DNA of 64,000 nt from an uncultured Trueperaceae bacterium (GCA_963799485.1 CAWCXJ010000002.1:1-64000), one strand, 5' to 3'; positions 19,110-28,918 are shown, counted from the first letter of the stretch. Translations and numbers: made by a program. The notes: generated from the sequence alone by a model not told the origin.

Positions 19110-19864
19110 GTGTCCGCCTGCGCAGCACCTTAGCGCCCCACAACACCTATGGCACGCCGCCTACCCCGAACAGTTTGCTGGATGGTTGCAGCGTTTCCCC
19201 GAGATGCGAAATCTTTGTTAAACAAAAATCACCCTGCCTCTCCGCCACAGAGTGCAGGGTGCGCGCCTTCGCTATTGTACCGCGCCGCCGAGGTAACGAC
19301 TTGACGCAACTGAAACGTAAGCGAGTAGAGAACTCAGTGAACTGCCAGAGGCATTTGGCGAATGATTTATTTCTAGCCTTGCGCCGCTGCGAGCGCTCCG
19401 GCTGGCCGATGAGAACATCCGGTATGGGCTGGCTCGGCTTTCGCACGCTTGGTGGTCACGCTGGCCTCGAGCAGACCCCCCCCGACGCCGAGTTTCTTAA
19501 AATGCTGTCGCTTTCCGAACCGCGGCTAGGCTGCCCACCGCACGCAATCTTTATGCCGCGCGACCACTACGAGAGCTTTCACTATGAGCTGAGCCGGGAA
19601 GAGGCGGCTGTCTGGGACGACCTGGTGTTGCATAGGGCGACGCGGGCGGTGTGGCACATGAACCGGCACAGCGAGGCGAGGGGGGCCGAGTTCTATATGC
19701 AACGCAATCCGGAGGTGGACGAACGAACGGCGGAGCTGAGTCTGCGGTTGCTCGAGCGAGCGGAGATTGTGCGTATCTCGAGTGAAGCTGCTCGCGAGAT
19801 CGAAGAGGCGCGTAAGTCGGCAGAAGAGAAGATTAAGGGGGCGTTAAGTGCTGCACAAACTTGA
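19102..19864 (+). other. Probable single gene split by a +1 frameshift near 19213 (possible late regulator)
   Basis: ATG 19102 with GGAG SD ends at TAA 19221; the +1 frame stays open to 19864 without a good start. Confidence 0.45.
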
Positions 19865-19921
19865 TGTTGGGAGAACGTATGTGCTAATCTTTAACAAAAG
19901 TTCTGTCTAAATTTTCTACTT

Positions 19922-19980
19922 CGCCCCAGTTAGGGGCATTTTTCATGCCGCCGCGCTCTTCGGAGTGCGGCGTTTTTTTG
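19922..19980 (+). terminator. Two tandem intrinsic terminators before the late operon
   Basis: GCCCC/GGGGC-ATTTTT and CGCCGCGCTC-ttcg-GAGTGCGGCG-TTTTTTT. Confidence 0.8.
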
Positions 19981-19987
19981 GGGTGAC

Positions 19988-20482
19988 ATGCAGATATTAA
20001 GCGGTGAGCATAAGACAGTCGCCATAGACAGCGTTAGACCGCACCCGAGAAACGTTCGGCAGGGTGACGTTGGTTTGATACACGAGAGTATCGGCGCAAA
20101 TGGGTTTTACTCAGACATCATCGTGCAGAAGTCTACAGGGCTTATTATCGTTGGTAATCACCGCTGGTCGGCGGCGTTACAGGCTGGCGCTAAAGAAATC
20201 CCGGTAAAGTTTATAGACGTTGACGATGGCGCAGCCCTGCGAATCCTTTTAGCCGATAACAAGACTTCAGACAGCGCAATGAATGACGATGCGGCCCTAG
20301 CTGAACTGTTACAAGAGTTAGCAGGGGATGGTGGGCTCGAGGGTACGGGCTTTAGCGATGATGACCTTGACGAGTTGTTGAGTGACTTAAAAGAACCTGA
20401 GTTTAGAGAATACGATGAAAGCGTGGGTGACGGCGTGAAAATGTTGGAGTGTCCGTCTTGTGGTCATAAATACCCAGCTTAG
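19988..20482 (+). CDS. ParB/Srx N-terminal domain protein
   Basis: PHPRNVR, IIVGNHRW, LADNK; C-terminal CPSCGH. Confidence 0.88.
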   Translation: MQILSGEHKTVAIDSVRPHPRNVRQGDVGLIHESIGANGFYSDIIVQKSTGLIIVGNHRWSAALQAGAKEIPVKFIDVDDGAALRILLADNKTSDSAMNDDAALAELLQELAGDGGLEGTGFSDDDLDELLSDLKEPEFREYDESVGDGVKMLECPSCGHKYPA

Positions 20483-21548
20483 CTATCCTGAGCTGTTAAG
20501 TGCTGCATGGCAGGACGCCATAGCGCCGCGAGCAGACAATGCGCCGACAGTTATCAGCACGTTTGCAGGCGGCGGCGGCAGCACGACCGGGTACAAGATG
20601 GCGAGTTTTAATGAGCTGCTAGCGGTTGAGTGGGACGATAACGCCGTTCAAACTTTAGCCTTAAACTATCCCGATCTGCCGATCTATCACGGTGACATTG
20701 CAAACTTAAGCGTAGCTGAGACGCTAGAGCGCACAGGGTTAGAACCGGGTCAGCTTGACGTGCTAGACGGTTCGCCGCCCTGTCAAGGCTTCTCAACTGC
20801 CGGACGAAGGCTTTTAGACGACCCGCGTAACCAACTTTTTAGGGAGTACGTCAGGCTCTTACGCGGTCTTCAGCCTAAAGTATTTGTAATGGAAAACGTC
20901 AGCGGCATGGTTAAGGGAAAAATGAAGCTCGTCTTTGTAGAGATACTTAAGGAGCTAAAGGCTAGCGGCTACAACGTTTCGGCGCGGCTCTTAAACGCTA
21001 TGTACTTCAGCGTGCCTCAGTCAAGGGAACGCATGATATTTATCGGCGTGCGTAAAGACTTAGGGGTGCTGCCGAGTCATCCGAGCGGATTAAAAAAGAT
21101 TGTGACATTCCGTAAAGCCGTTATAGGCTTATCAGAAACGCTGCAAGATGAAAAAACAAATCATGTATGGGTTGACGAGGTTGCTCGAGGCACGAAATGG
21201 ATAGGCTCAGCATCACAGTTAAAAGAAGGCCAAAAGCTTATTCCTCACCTGCCAAGCAGCATTAGGGCTTGGATGGATAAGCCTTTGCCGACAATCCAAA
21301 AGAATGCTATGCCTAATCAGCCTGCCTATGTGCGAAACAGCACCATACACCCCAAGCAAGCTCGAGCATTAAGCGTTCGGGAGATGGCAAGGTGTCAGTC
21401 TTTCTCTGACGAATACCTTTTTGCAGATGCACTGAGAAATGGTATGCAGCGCATCGGTAACAGCGTCCCGCCCTTAATGATGAAAAGCATCGCAACTCAC
21501 ATAAAAAACGAGATACTAAGCCAAGCCCAACCCGCCGACGCTAGCTAA
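20460..21548 (+). CDS. DNA cytosine-5 methyltransferase
   Basis: FAGGGG, GSPPCQGFS, MENV, PQSRER, RIGNSVPP. Confidence 0.95.
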   Translation: MVINTQLSYPELLSAAWQDAIAPRADNAPTVISTFAGGGGSTTGYKMASFNELLAVEWDDNAVQTLALNYPDLPIYHGDIANLSVAETLERTGLEPGQLDVLDGSPPCQGFSTAGRRLLDDPRNQLFREYVRLLRGLQPKVFVMENVSGMVKGKMKLVFVEILKELKASGYNVSARLLNAMYFSVPQSRERMIFIGVRKDLGVLPSHPSGLKKIVTFRKAVIGLSETLQDEKTNHVWVDEVARGTKWIGSASQLKEGQKLIPHLPSSIRAWMDKPLPTIQKNAMPNQPAYVRNSTIHPKQARALSVREMARCQSFSDEYLFADALRNGMQRIGNSVPPLMMKSIATHIKNEILSQAQPADAS

Positions 21549-21626
21549 GCGGCGCGGGTTTGTACCCCCCGCCTCTCATCCGGGGCGGGCTTCATATTCT
21601 ACGAAAGCGAGGTGTAAGCGAACATC

Positions 21627-22133
21627 ATGGCGTTGAACAAAAGTTCACAAGACATTCTTGAAGACAGACGCCGCGAAGTTGCTGCACTTCGCCGTCGTCG
21701 TTTGACCGTCCGGCAGATTGTGAGCGCACTTGAGCGAGCTGATCGCGTCAACCCTAAGACTAAAAAGCCCTGGGGTGTTGCCACGATTCAAGGCGACCTT
21801 AAAGCCCTCCGCGCCGAGGCGCACCGTGAGGCGTTAAAAGACACAAGCGAACACAAAGCCGAGTTCTTAGCTGACTATCAGGAGCTTATCCGGCTCGCGT
21901 GGTTAGAAAAACGTTATGAAGACGTGCGTAAAGTCCTAAAAGACATGCGTGAACTGCTCGGCACCGACGCGCCGCAGGTGGTGGTGTATGAGCAGCTAAA
22001 TAATGAATACGACGCTGCACTAGGGAGGCTCGAGCGTGAGTTTGGACATGACCCGGCCCTCCTCGGGCGTATCTACGACACGCTTACCGACGCTTCGGGA
22101 CAGGATAGCGGCGCGGCGCGAAGCGTCAACTGA
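21627..22133 (+). CDS. Terminase small subunit (putative)
   Basis: HTH-like N-terminus directly upstream of the large subunit. Confidence 0.65.
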   Translation: MALNKSSQDILEDRRREVAALRRRRLTVRQIVSALERADRVNPKTKKPWGVATIQGDLKALRAEAHREALKDTSEHKAEFLADYQELIRLAWLEKRYEDVRKVLKDMRELLGTDAPQVVVYEQLNNEYDAALGRLEREFGHDPALLGRIYDTLTDASGQDSGAARSVN

Positions 22134-23394
22134 CGCACCGCCCGCTCTCGAGCTCTACCCCAAACAAGCCGAAATTATCAACGACCCGGCCCGCTTTACG
22201 ATTACCGAGGCAACTACAAAGGCGGGCAAAACTTTAGGACACCTCAAATGGCAGATAGACGAAATCTATCAGTCCGGCAGAGGCAACCACTGGTGGGTCG
22301 CGCCTATCAGCGACCAGGCCGACATTGCTTACCGCCGCGCACAAGACTACCTGCGCGGCTTTGTAGACGCGTCCGGCAAGCTCGAGAAGATAGGGAACGC
22401 TGTTCCCTTCGCTAAAAACGACACTCGTAAATACATTGACGTGTACGGTGCGCGGTGGTGGTTTAAGTCTGCCGACAACCCTGACAGCCTCTACGGTGAG
22501 GACGTGTACACGCTCGTCACCGACGAGATCAGCCGTTGGAAGGAGCAGGCATGGACGGCGTGCTACTCGACGTTGACAGCCACGCAGGGACGCGCCAAAC
22601 TGATTGGCAACGTCAAAGGACGGCGCAACTTCGCCTATAAGCTGGCGCGTAAAGCCGAAGCGGGTGAGCCGGGCTGGAGCTATCACCGGCTGACGGCTGC
22701 CGACGCCATCGAAGGCGGCGTGATCGACGCGCACATCGTCGAGCAGGCGCGGCGTGACCTACCTGAGCATGTCTTCAAAGAGCTGTACGAAGCCGAGGCC
22801 GCTGACGACGGCGCAAACCCGTTTGGGCTGGTCGCGATTGAAGCGTGTTATAGGCCGGTGCAGAGCAGCGCTCCGGTAAGCGTATACGGGTGCGACTTAG
22901 CTAAGAGTATCGACTGGACTTGGGTTATCGGCCTAGACGCCGACGGTAACGAATGCTTTAGCGAACGCTGGCAGGGGCCGTGGGGTGAGACGAAGCGCAA
23001 GATACTCGAGCTGACGCGTGGCGTGCATACGCTTTGTGACAGTTCGGGCGTGGGCGACCCCATCGTCGAAGAGCTGCAAGAGTCACATGACAAACTTCTT
23101 GGATTTAAGTTTTCCAGTTCCAGCAAACAACAGCTCATGTTAGGCCTGGCGAGCGCGCTGCAAAGCCAGACGATTCACTACAGCGACCCGCGTCTAAAGT
23201 TTGAACTCGAGGCGTTTGAATATGTCTACAGTGCAACCGGCGTTAAGTACAGCGCACCCTCCGGTGAGCACGATGATGGTGTCGTGGCCTTAGCTTTAGC
23301 TGAACGGATGCGGCAGACGGTGCCGGTTGCACCCCGCCAAGCCTCGGCAAGCGCTCAAATAACTGCACTTAGAAAACTTGCCCGGAAGGGGTGA
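22036..23394 (+). CDS. Terminase large subunit
   Basis: ATTKAGKT, LVTDE, GCDLA, CDSSGVG, HDDGVVALALA. Confidence 0.9.
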   Translation: MSLDMTRPSSGVSTTRLPTLRDRIAARREASTDAPPALELYPKQAEIINDPARFTITEATTKAGKTLGHLKWQIDEIYQSGRGNHWWVAPISDQADIAYRRAQDYLRGFVDASGKLEKIGNAVPFAKNDTRKYIDVYGARWWFKSADNPDSLYGEDVYTLVTDEISRWKEQAWTACYSTLTATQGRAKLIGNVKGRRNFAYKLARKAEAGEPGWSYHRLTAADAIEGGVIDAHIVEQARRDLPEHVFKELYEAEAADDGANPFGLVAIEACYRPVQSSAPVSVYGCDLAKSIDWTWVIGLDADGNECFSERWQGPWGETKRKILELTRGVHTLCDSSGVGDPIVEELQESHDKLLGFKFSSSSKQQLMLGLASALQSQTIHYSDPRLKFELEAFEYVYSATGVKYSAPSGEHDDGVVALALAERMRQTVPVAPRQASASAQITALRKLARKG

Positions 23395-23395
23395 C

Positions 23396-24763
23396 ATGGC
23401 AAAGAGAAAAGCGACACCTAAATCACAGTCACCCCCCAGCGGGATGCAAGCGGCGGCGCTCGCCTCGGTGCGCGTCCCGAATGCCCGCGAAAGCAAAGAC
23501 CCTTACGGCGGCTTTAGCAGCGCCCTACCTGTTTTTACAGAAACCTTTAGCGGCTTTCCGGGAGATTCGGCGCGTCGTCTTATCGGCGTGCTGCGTTACC
23601 TCGCGTCATTTGATGAGGACGCCGCGACCACGCTCAGACAGCTTCAGGCCGCCGTCAACACCGGGCTGAACTATGAGTTCCAGGGCGGCACGCGAGCTAA
23701 AAAGCAGGCTGAAGCCGAAGTGTGGGCGTGGGGTTCAAGGGTTTACGCGGGCGGTCTAAGTGGTCTCATCAACAATCAAGTACGCGAGAGCTTCGTGGGC
23801 GGCGCAACCTCGCTCGAATGGGTACCTCAGCGCAACCGTGAGGGCGTGCGTGAGGTCGTGCCGGTGCCGCGTGAGACGGTCTCGATAAGACGCGGTGACA
23901 ATGACGATCTGATTTACGAACAGGCGCTTATGGGGCGCACGGTTGAACTCAGCCCGGTTACTTATAGGTACGTACCGGTCGAGACAGAAGCCGACAAACT
24001 GCACGGCGTCCCGTTGGCCCTCGCTGCAATCGAAGCCCTGGACCGCAAACGCACCCTCTTGACGGCAGAGCAGCGCATTATCAAGCTTAAGGAGAAGCTC
24101 GCGCTTGTGGTGGCGACGTTGCCGATGCCTTCCCCCTCGAGCCTCGGCTATCAGACAACCGATGACGAGGGCTACGCCGACGCTGCCGGTGAGCTGCTCA
24201 GCACCTACGTCAACCTGCTTGTTGAGACCGGCGACAAACTCGGTGTGTATGCGGGTTGGGAGACCGCCGACGGCAAACCGAACATTCAAAGTACGCCGAC
24301 CGACCAGAACGTTCAGGGGCTAGGCGATCTCACCAAAAGCAACCAGCACCGCGCTTGGAACGGCTTAGGCATCCCGCCTTTTCTGGCGGGTGAGATGGGT
24401 AGCACGAATTACGCCCTTGCTAGGGTCGTCATGCCGTCGTTTTACACCATTGCGGACAACATCCAGCGGGCAATTCTGGCGCAAATTGAACACGGTGTAA
24501 ATCTGCATTTGCGTCTAGCAGGTATCCCGGCAAAGGTATGGGTAAGTTTTAAGCCGCGTCCGTCGGCATTTGAAGACGATGAAGCGACCGCGCGCGAGAC
24601 CCGCGCAAAAACCGACACGCTACTTTACAAACTCTTGGGTGAGGCTTACATCCCGACCTTAGCAGCAAATTGGGACGTCAGCGTAGATGATCTTAAAAAG
24701 GCGCTTAAGGATAAACCCGAGCCGCCAGACCCGCCCGAAGGAGGCGACGATGGAGAACAATAA
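23396..24763 (+). CDS. Portal protein
   Basis: Size and position after terminase; HGVPL..A, LGIPPFLAG..STNYA. Confidence 0.8.
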   Translation: MAKRKATPKSQSPPSGMQAAALASVRVPNARESKDPYGGFSSALPVFTETFSGFPGDSARRLIGVLRYLASFDEDAATTLRQLQAAVNTGLNYEFQGGTRAKKQAEAEVWAWGSRVYAGGLSGLINNQVRESFVGGATSLEWVPQRNREGVREVVPVPRETVSIRRGDNDDLIYEQALMGRTVELSPVTYRYVPVETEADKLHGVPLALAAIEALDRKRTLLTAEQRIIKLKEKLALVVATLPMPSPSSLGYQTTDDEGYADAAGELLSTYVNLLVETGDKLGVYAGWETADGKPNIQSTPTDQNVQGLGDLTKSNQHRAWNGLGIPPFLAGEMGSTNYALARVVMPSFYTIADNIQRAILAQIEHGVNLHLRLAGIPAKVWVSFKPRPSAFEDDEATARETRAKTDTLLYKLLGEAYIPTLAANWDVSVDDLKKALKDKPEPPDPPEGGDDGEQ

Positions 24764-24765
24764 TA

Positions 24766-24841
24766 TGCTATAATATATGTGCCACACGGTACTCTTTGGA
24801 CGGATACCGGGCGGCACTAACCACGTTAGGAGTGGCTAATG
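24766..24841 (+). promoter_or_regulatory. Extended -10 promoter plus two-hairpin leader of HNH gene
   Basis: TGCTATAAT; GTGCC-CGGTA..TTTGGA..TACCG-GGCAC; TAaCCAC/GTGGcTA around AGGAG. Confidence 0.78.
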
Positions 24842-25552
24842 GACAGTGTACCCGATGGTATGAAAAAATGCGGCAAATGCTTAGGGGCAAAGCCTGCAAC
24901 GCTCGAGTTTTTCACTAGTAATGGTGTTGGCAAATTAAAAGCCGTTTGTAAAGCTTGCAAAAAGAAGCCGCCCAGACACCCGCCTATCCCTGATGGTGAG
25001 CGGTGGTGTGCTTTATGCAAGAAAAGTTATCCTGCAACCTTTGAGTACTTTTCAAAACATAAGGGCAGTAAATTAGGCTTAGCGGCTCGTTGTAGAGAAT
25101 GTAGTAAAAGGGTTACATTGGAGTGGCGAGAGCAGAATCCTGAACGCGCCTCTAAAGCTGGCATGAGATGGCACGCCAATAATCGCCAGTCTGCAAACTT
25201 ACAGCGGCGCGAGAGGCGACTGTTAAATCTCGGACGTGAAAAGGCGACCCAAAAAGTCTACAGAGAGAAAAACCAGCTAAGCATAAGGGTTGCTAACCGG
25301 AATTATAAAGCACGTAAAAAGCAAGCGGAAGGTTCTTTTACCGCGCTAGAATGGCAAGCTAAGCTCGAGCTTTACAAAGGTCGCTGCCATTGGTGCAGTA
25401 AGAAAATCAAAGGTACGCCGCACGCTGACCATCTCATACCCATTACTCGCGGGGGGTCTAATTATATCTCAAACATCGTCCCATCGTGCAGTTTTTGTAA
25501 TGTCAGCAAGCATAATAAGCTACCGCATGAATGGATAGGGCGGTTGCTTTGA
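24839..25552 (+). CDS. HNH endonuclease
   Basis: CHWC..HADHLIPITRGGSNYISNIVPSCSFCNVSK; AT-rich. Confidence 0.92.
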   Translation: MDSVPDGMKKCGKCLGAKPATLEFFTSNGVGKLKAVCKACKKKPPRHPPIPDGERWCALCKKSYPATFEYFSKHKGSKLGLAARCRECSKRVTLEWREQNPERASKAGMRWHANNRQSANLQRRERRLLNLGREKATQKVYREKNQLSIRVANRNYKARKKQAEGSFTALEWQAKLELYKGRCHWCSKKIKGTPHADHLIPITRGGSNYISNIVPSCSFCNVSKHNKLPHEWIGRLL

Positions 25553-25561
25553 AAGGAGAAT

Positions 25562-26797
25562 ATGGATAAGCATCAAGGGGCTATTACCGGCCCCCTTAAA
25601 CTTGCGCTTGACCCACCTAATGGTTTTCCAGATGGTCATATTGAAACCATAAACGCGCTACAGGCAAAAGCCACCAAACAAACTCTGAATGAGGCCGACC
25701 TAATCAGTCGGCCTATTCTTTTGTTTGGCAATCAACTCACGGCTTACTTTACCCGCGTTCGGGACGAAGACCTTTATGCAATGGCAGAGCAGATAAATGA
25801 CAAAGGCGGGTCGCTATTGAGTGGTCACGTAACCGACGAGATACCACTAGGACGTGTGTACAAGGCCGATGTGATATCCGGTAGTGCGCCGGGTGAGTTG
25901 CTTTTAACGACGTGGGCTTATTGGTTAAACGATACCGACGGGCAAAACCTAGCAGCTAAGATTGACGCAGGAATTGCAGGCCAAGCGAGTATCGGCTACT
26001 TTTATGACCGAGCTATTTGCTCTATTACCGGGCTTGATTATTGGGACAGCCCTTATATCGCCGGTCAAGAATACGAAATAACCGATGCCGAAACAGGCCG
26101 CGTTACTCGCCAGCTCTGCTTCATCTGGACAGTTGAAAATGTCGAGTTTTCCGAAGCGTCTATCGTTTACGAAGGCGCTTATCCCAATACACGCGTCGGC
26201 GGCGAATCGTTAGCCGCTAGCGCGTCACCTACTCGCTTTGTCATGGCAGCGTCACGAGACACTGTGAACCTGCTTTCAAAGACCAAGCCCAAAAACGAGC
26301 TTGGTAAACCTACCCCTCCGGTTGAGCCGGAGCGACACAAGGAGGTTTCGGTTGTGAAGCTGAAGCTGAAGATGCCCGATGGCTCAGTCAAGGAGCTAGA
26401 GGATAACGAAGTGCAGGGGGTACTTGACGCCCAACTGCAAACCGCTAGCGAGGGAGGGGAGCAAAAGTACAAAGAAGCGGTCGCTAAGACTTTGGGCCTC
26501 GAGCCTAAAGACCTGACCGACGCCAAGCTTGCCGAACTCAAAGCGCAAGCGGCAGCGGGTCTGGCCTACCGCGAATCTCTCAACGCCCGTTTGTCGGCTG
26601 CCGCTCTAGCGGTCGAGGGCGACGCACCCAAAGCCGAGCGCATTGTAAGGCTTGCCAAAAATGCCGAGCTGAGTGACCTCGAGGAACTCGTTGACGACTG
26701 GGAGACCAAACGTGACGAAACTATCCCGAACGGTCGCCTGAGCCGTGAAAACGACCCTGACAAAAAACCTCACGCAGCCAATTACGACGCGGTTTAA
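25562..26797 (+). CDS. Prohead protease/scaffold fusion
   Basis: LLSGH..PLGR, ASIGY, CSITG, EASIVYEGA, helical C-terminus. Confidence 0.75.
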   Translation: MDKHQGAITGPLKLALDPPNGFPDGHIETINALQAKATKQTLNEADLISRPILLFGNQLTAYFTRVRDEDLYAMAEQINDKGGSLLSGHVTDEIPLGRVYKADVISGSAPGELLLTTWAYWLNDTDGQNLAAKIDAGIAGQASIGYFYDRAICSITGLDYWDSPYIAGQEYEITDAETGRVTRQLCFIWTVENVEFSEASIVYEGAYPNTRVGGESLAASASPTRFVMAASRDTVNLLSKTKPKNELGKPTPPVEPERHKEVSVVKLKLKMPDGSVKELEDNEVQGVLDAQLQTASEGGEQKYKEAVAKTLGLEPKDLTDAKLAELKAQAAAGLAYRESLNARLSAAALAVEGDAPKAERIVRLAKNAELSDLEELVDDWETKRDETIPNGRLSRENDPDKKPHAANYDAV

Positions 26798-26818
26798 GCC
26801 GCGCTTAAGGGAGACATC

Positions 26819-27178
26819 ATGAAGTTTGGAAACGTAGAGTACTCAGCTCAGCGTGTAGAGGGCGGCATTACCTACACCATCGCTGCGGGCGCACAAGAGG
26901 GCGACGCTGTGACGCTGACCGGAACCGCAACGATGGGGCGGGGTGCAGACGCGGACGTGTTTGTCGGCAAACTCGCCAAGCTCGAGGCTGACGGGCTCGG
27001 CACAGTCGAAGCCCACGGCGTTATCACGGTGCCGTGTGTAGCGGGGCTCGCCGCAGGTTGGCAACCGCTCGTGGTTGACGGGGCCGGGAAGGTCAAAGCG
27101 GCGGCAGCGGGTGCAGCAGGTCGGCAAGCCTTGGTTATCGGCGTCGCTGACGACATGGCTGTAATCGATCTGCCGTAA
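26819..27178 (+). CDS. Head decoration/cement protein
   Basis: Gly/Ala-rich beta protein upstream of capsid gene. Confidence 0.65.
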   Translation: MKFGNVEYSAQRVEGGITYTIAAGAQEGDAVTLTGTATMGRGADADVFVGKLAKLEADGLGTVEAHGVITVPCVAGLAAGWQPLVVDGAGKVKAAAAGAAGRQALVIGVADDMAVIDLP

Positions 27179-27198
27179 ACCCCAAACATTTATTCATC

Positions 27199-27220
27199 GC
27201 CGCCCTCGGGCGGTTTTTCC
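27199..27220 (+). terminator. Intrinsic terminator-like hairpin
   Basis: GCCGCCC-tc-GGGCGGT-TTTT. Confidence 0.6.
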
Positions 27221-27242
27221 ATGCCTACTTGAAGGAGGCGAC

Positions 27243-28343
27243 GTGTCTGTAACGATTGCAAAACTTAAAGACTTAGACGAGGGTGTGTATTTAGAGGCCC
27301 GCAAAGAAGGGCTGAGCCTCTCGCAGTGGCTTGGCGAGCTTGGGCGTAAAGGTGAGTTGTCTGAAGACCTCTATCGCCCTGACGTGCGTAACAGCAAGGG
27401 TGAACTGGTTGACCCGTTCAAGCAGCTTATCGCCGCTGCAGGTATCCGGACGAAAGGCGAGCTAGCCCAGACCGGCGACGCGTTTTTTAGCGACCCTACC
27501 AACCGCGTGTTGTTTCCTGAGTACGTTTCAAGACAGTACCGCGATACCGAGCGAGCCTTACCGCCGCTGTTCGTGACCTTAGCCGACCTCGTGACAAACC
27601 GCGAGGGTATCAACTCGAACGCGTACCGTTCGGGCATCATCACCGGCACACCTGAAACTGAACTTGAGTTTGGACGCGTCGCCGAAGGTGCCGAGCTGCC
27701 CCGTTACGTGGTCAAGCTGTCAGACAAGGCCATCAACGTCTACAAATACGGCGGCATCTTGCAGATGACCTACGAATCGGTGCGCCGCGCCTCGCTGCCG
27801 ATGCTCAACCGCTACATCGCTAAAATCGCGCGCGCACAGGTACGCCGCAAAATCAAGCACGCGCTTTCGGTCGCGCTTAATGGCGACGGCAACGCAAACC
27901 CGGCAGTCAACAGCGCCGCTTCGGGTAGCGCGTGGACGTATGCCGACCTGGTCGCGTTGCACTTCGCCGCTGCTACAGGCGGCACGATGCTCACCACAAT
28001 TATTGGTGACAGCACGGAAATCGGCAGCATCCTCAACATGGCGCAGTTTGTTGACGCGGGCGCAACCGGCACCGGCGCGGCGTTTCGTGACAACGGCGAA
28101 CTCCCCAGCCCACTAGGTATCACCCTGAAACTTGCCCTACCCGGCTCGGTACTCGAAGGTTCACGTAAACTTCTGGGCGTCGATTCGCAAGACGCTCTAG
28201 TCGAGGTCTACGAAAACGGCTCAGAGATTACCGAGTCCGACAAACTGATTCACACTCAGTTCGATATGATCTCGCTGTCCGAAAACCTCGCTTATGCCAA
28301 ACCCGAAACTCTCGCCTTCGTGACGAAAACGCGAGCAGTTTAA
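27243..28343 (+). CDS. Major capsid protein (HK97 fold)
   Basis: RVAEGAELP, VYKYGG..TYE, LNGDGN; AAGGAGG SD. Confidence 0.88.
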   Translation: MSVTIAKLKDLDEGVYLEARKEGLSLSQWLGELGRKGELSEDLYRPDVRNSKGELVDPFKQLIAAAGIRTKGELAQTGDAFFSDPTNRVLFPEYVSRQYRDTERALPPLFVTLADLVTNREGINSNAYRSGIITGTPETELEFGRVAEGAELPRYVVKLSDKAINVYKYGGILQMTYESVRRASLPMLNRYIAKIARAQVRRKIKHALSVALNGDGNANPAVNSAASGSAWTYADLVALHFAAATGGTMLTTIIGDSTEIGSILNMAQFVDAGATGTGAAFRDNGELPSPLGITLKLALPGSVLEGSRKLLGVDSQDALVEVYENGSEITESDKLIHTQFDMISLSENLAYAKPETLAFVTKTRAV

Positions 28344-28564
28344 TGGCAGCCCTGACTAAAGCGGAAGAATCCGAAGAGGCGACCGAAGAAACGCCTAAGA
28401 CCATCAAAGTCAAGATTAGCCGGAAGGTCAGCGACAACACGAACGGGCAAGGCGCATATACCGACCCCGGCAGTAAGGCGAGCATCGGCGCTGAAGCGGC
28501 AGAAGTCCCTAACACGCCGTTCGTACAGGCGCTGCTGATGACGGGCGAAATCGTCAAGGGCTAA
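28343..28564 (+). CDS. Small virion protein
   Basis: TAATG-coupled after capsid gene. Confidence 0.6.
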   Translation: MAALTKAEESEEATEETPKTIKVKISRKVSDNTNGQGAYTDPGSKASIGAEAAEVPNTPFVQALLMTGEIVKG

Positions 28565-28567
28565 GCC

Positions 28568-28918
28568 GTGCCTCACCCTGAAGGCGTAGATGCAACCGAC
28601 TTTGGTGAGTCGTTAGAAGCGGCACTCAAACTTGTCGGCAAGTCCGATGATGGAACAAGTGACCAGCTCAGCGATTTTCTTTACCAGACGGCCCACAAAG
28701 TAAGCGAAAACAACTACATCTACCGGCGCTTTTTAGCCGCTGCATTGTGGCTCGAGTCGCGTCCCAAGTGGCTGATTAAAGGTGATGGGGCCGAGTGGGA
28801 AGGACGTACGCTGGCAATCTCCGCATTAAAAAATCAGCAACGCAACATGGATGCGGATTATGGGTTGACGGTAACGCAAGCCCGGCCCGGCGGTATCTTT
28901 GCCGGTACGTCGCGCTAG
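28568..28918 (+). CDS. Head-tail adaptor (putative)
   Basis: Position. Confidence 0.55.
   Translation: MPHPEGVDATDFGESLEAALKLVGKSDDGTSDQLSDFLYQTAHKVSENNYIYRRFLAAALWLESRPKWLIKGDGAEWEGRTLAISALKNQQRNMDADYGLTVTQARPGGIFAGTSR

Noticed and set aside
19872..19885. AGAACGTATGTGCT as a Gram-positive-type LexA box
   Set aside because: One mismatch, single copy, and not known to me as the SOS motif in this lineage
20460..20482. Programmed frameshift fusing ParB and MTase
   Set aside because: No convincing slippery site; GTG 20460 has a GGAG SD
6650..25552. HNH genes as group I introns or IscB/HEARO elements
   Set aside because: No recognisable intron core, no RuvC motifs, and leaders are only about 60-80 nt
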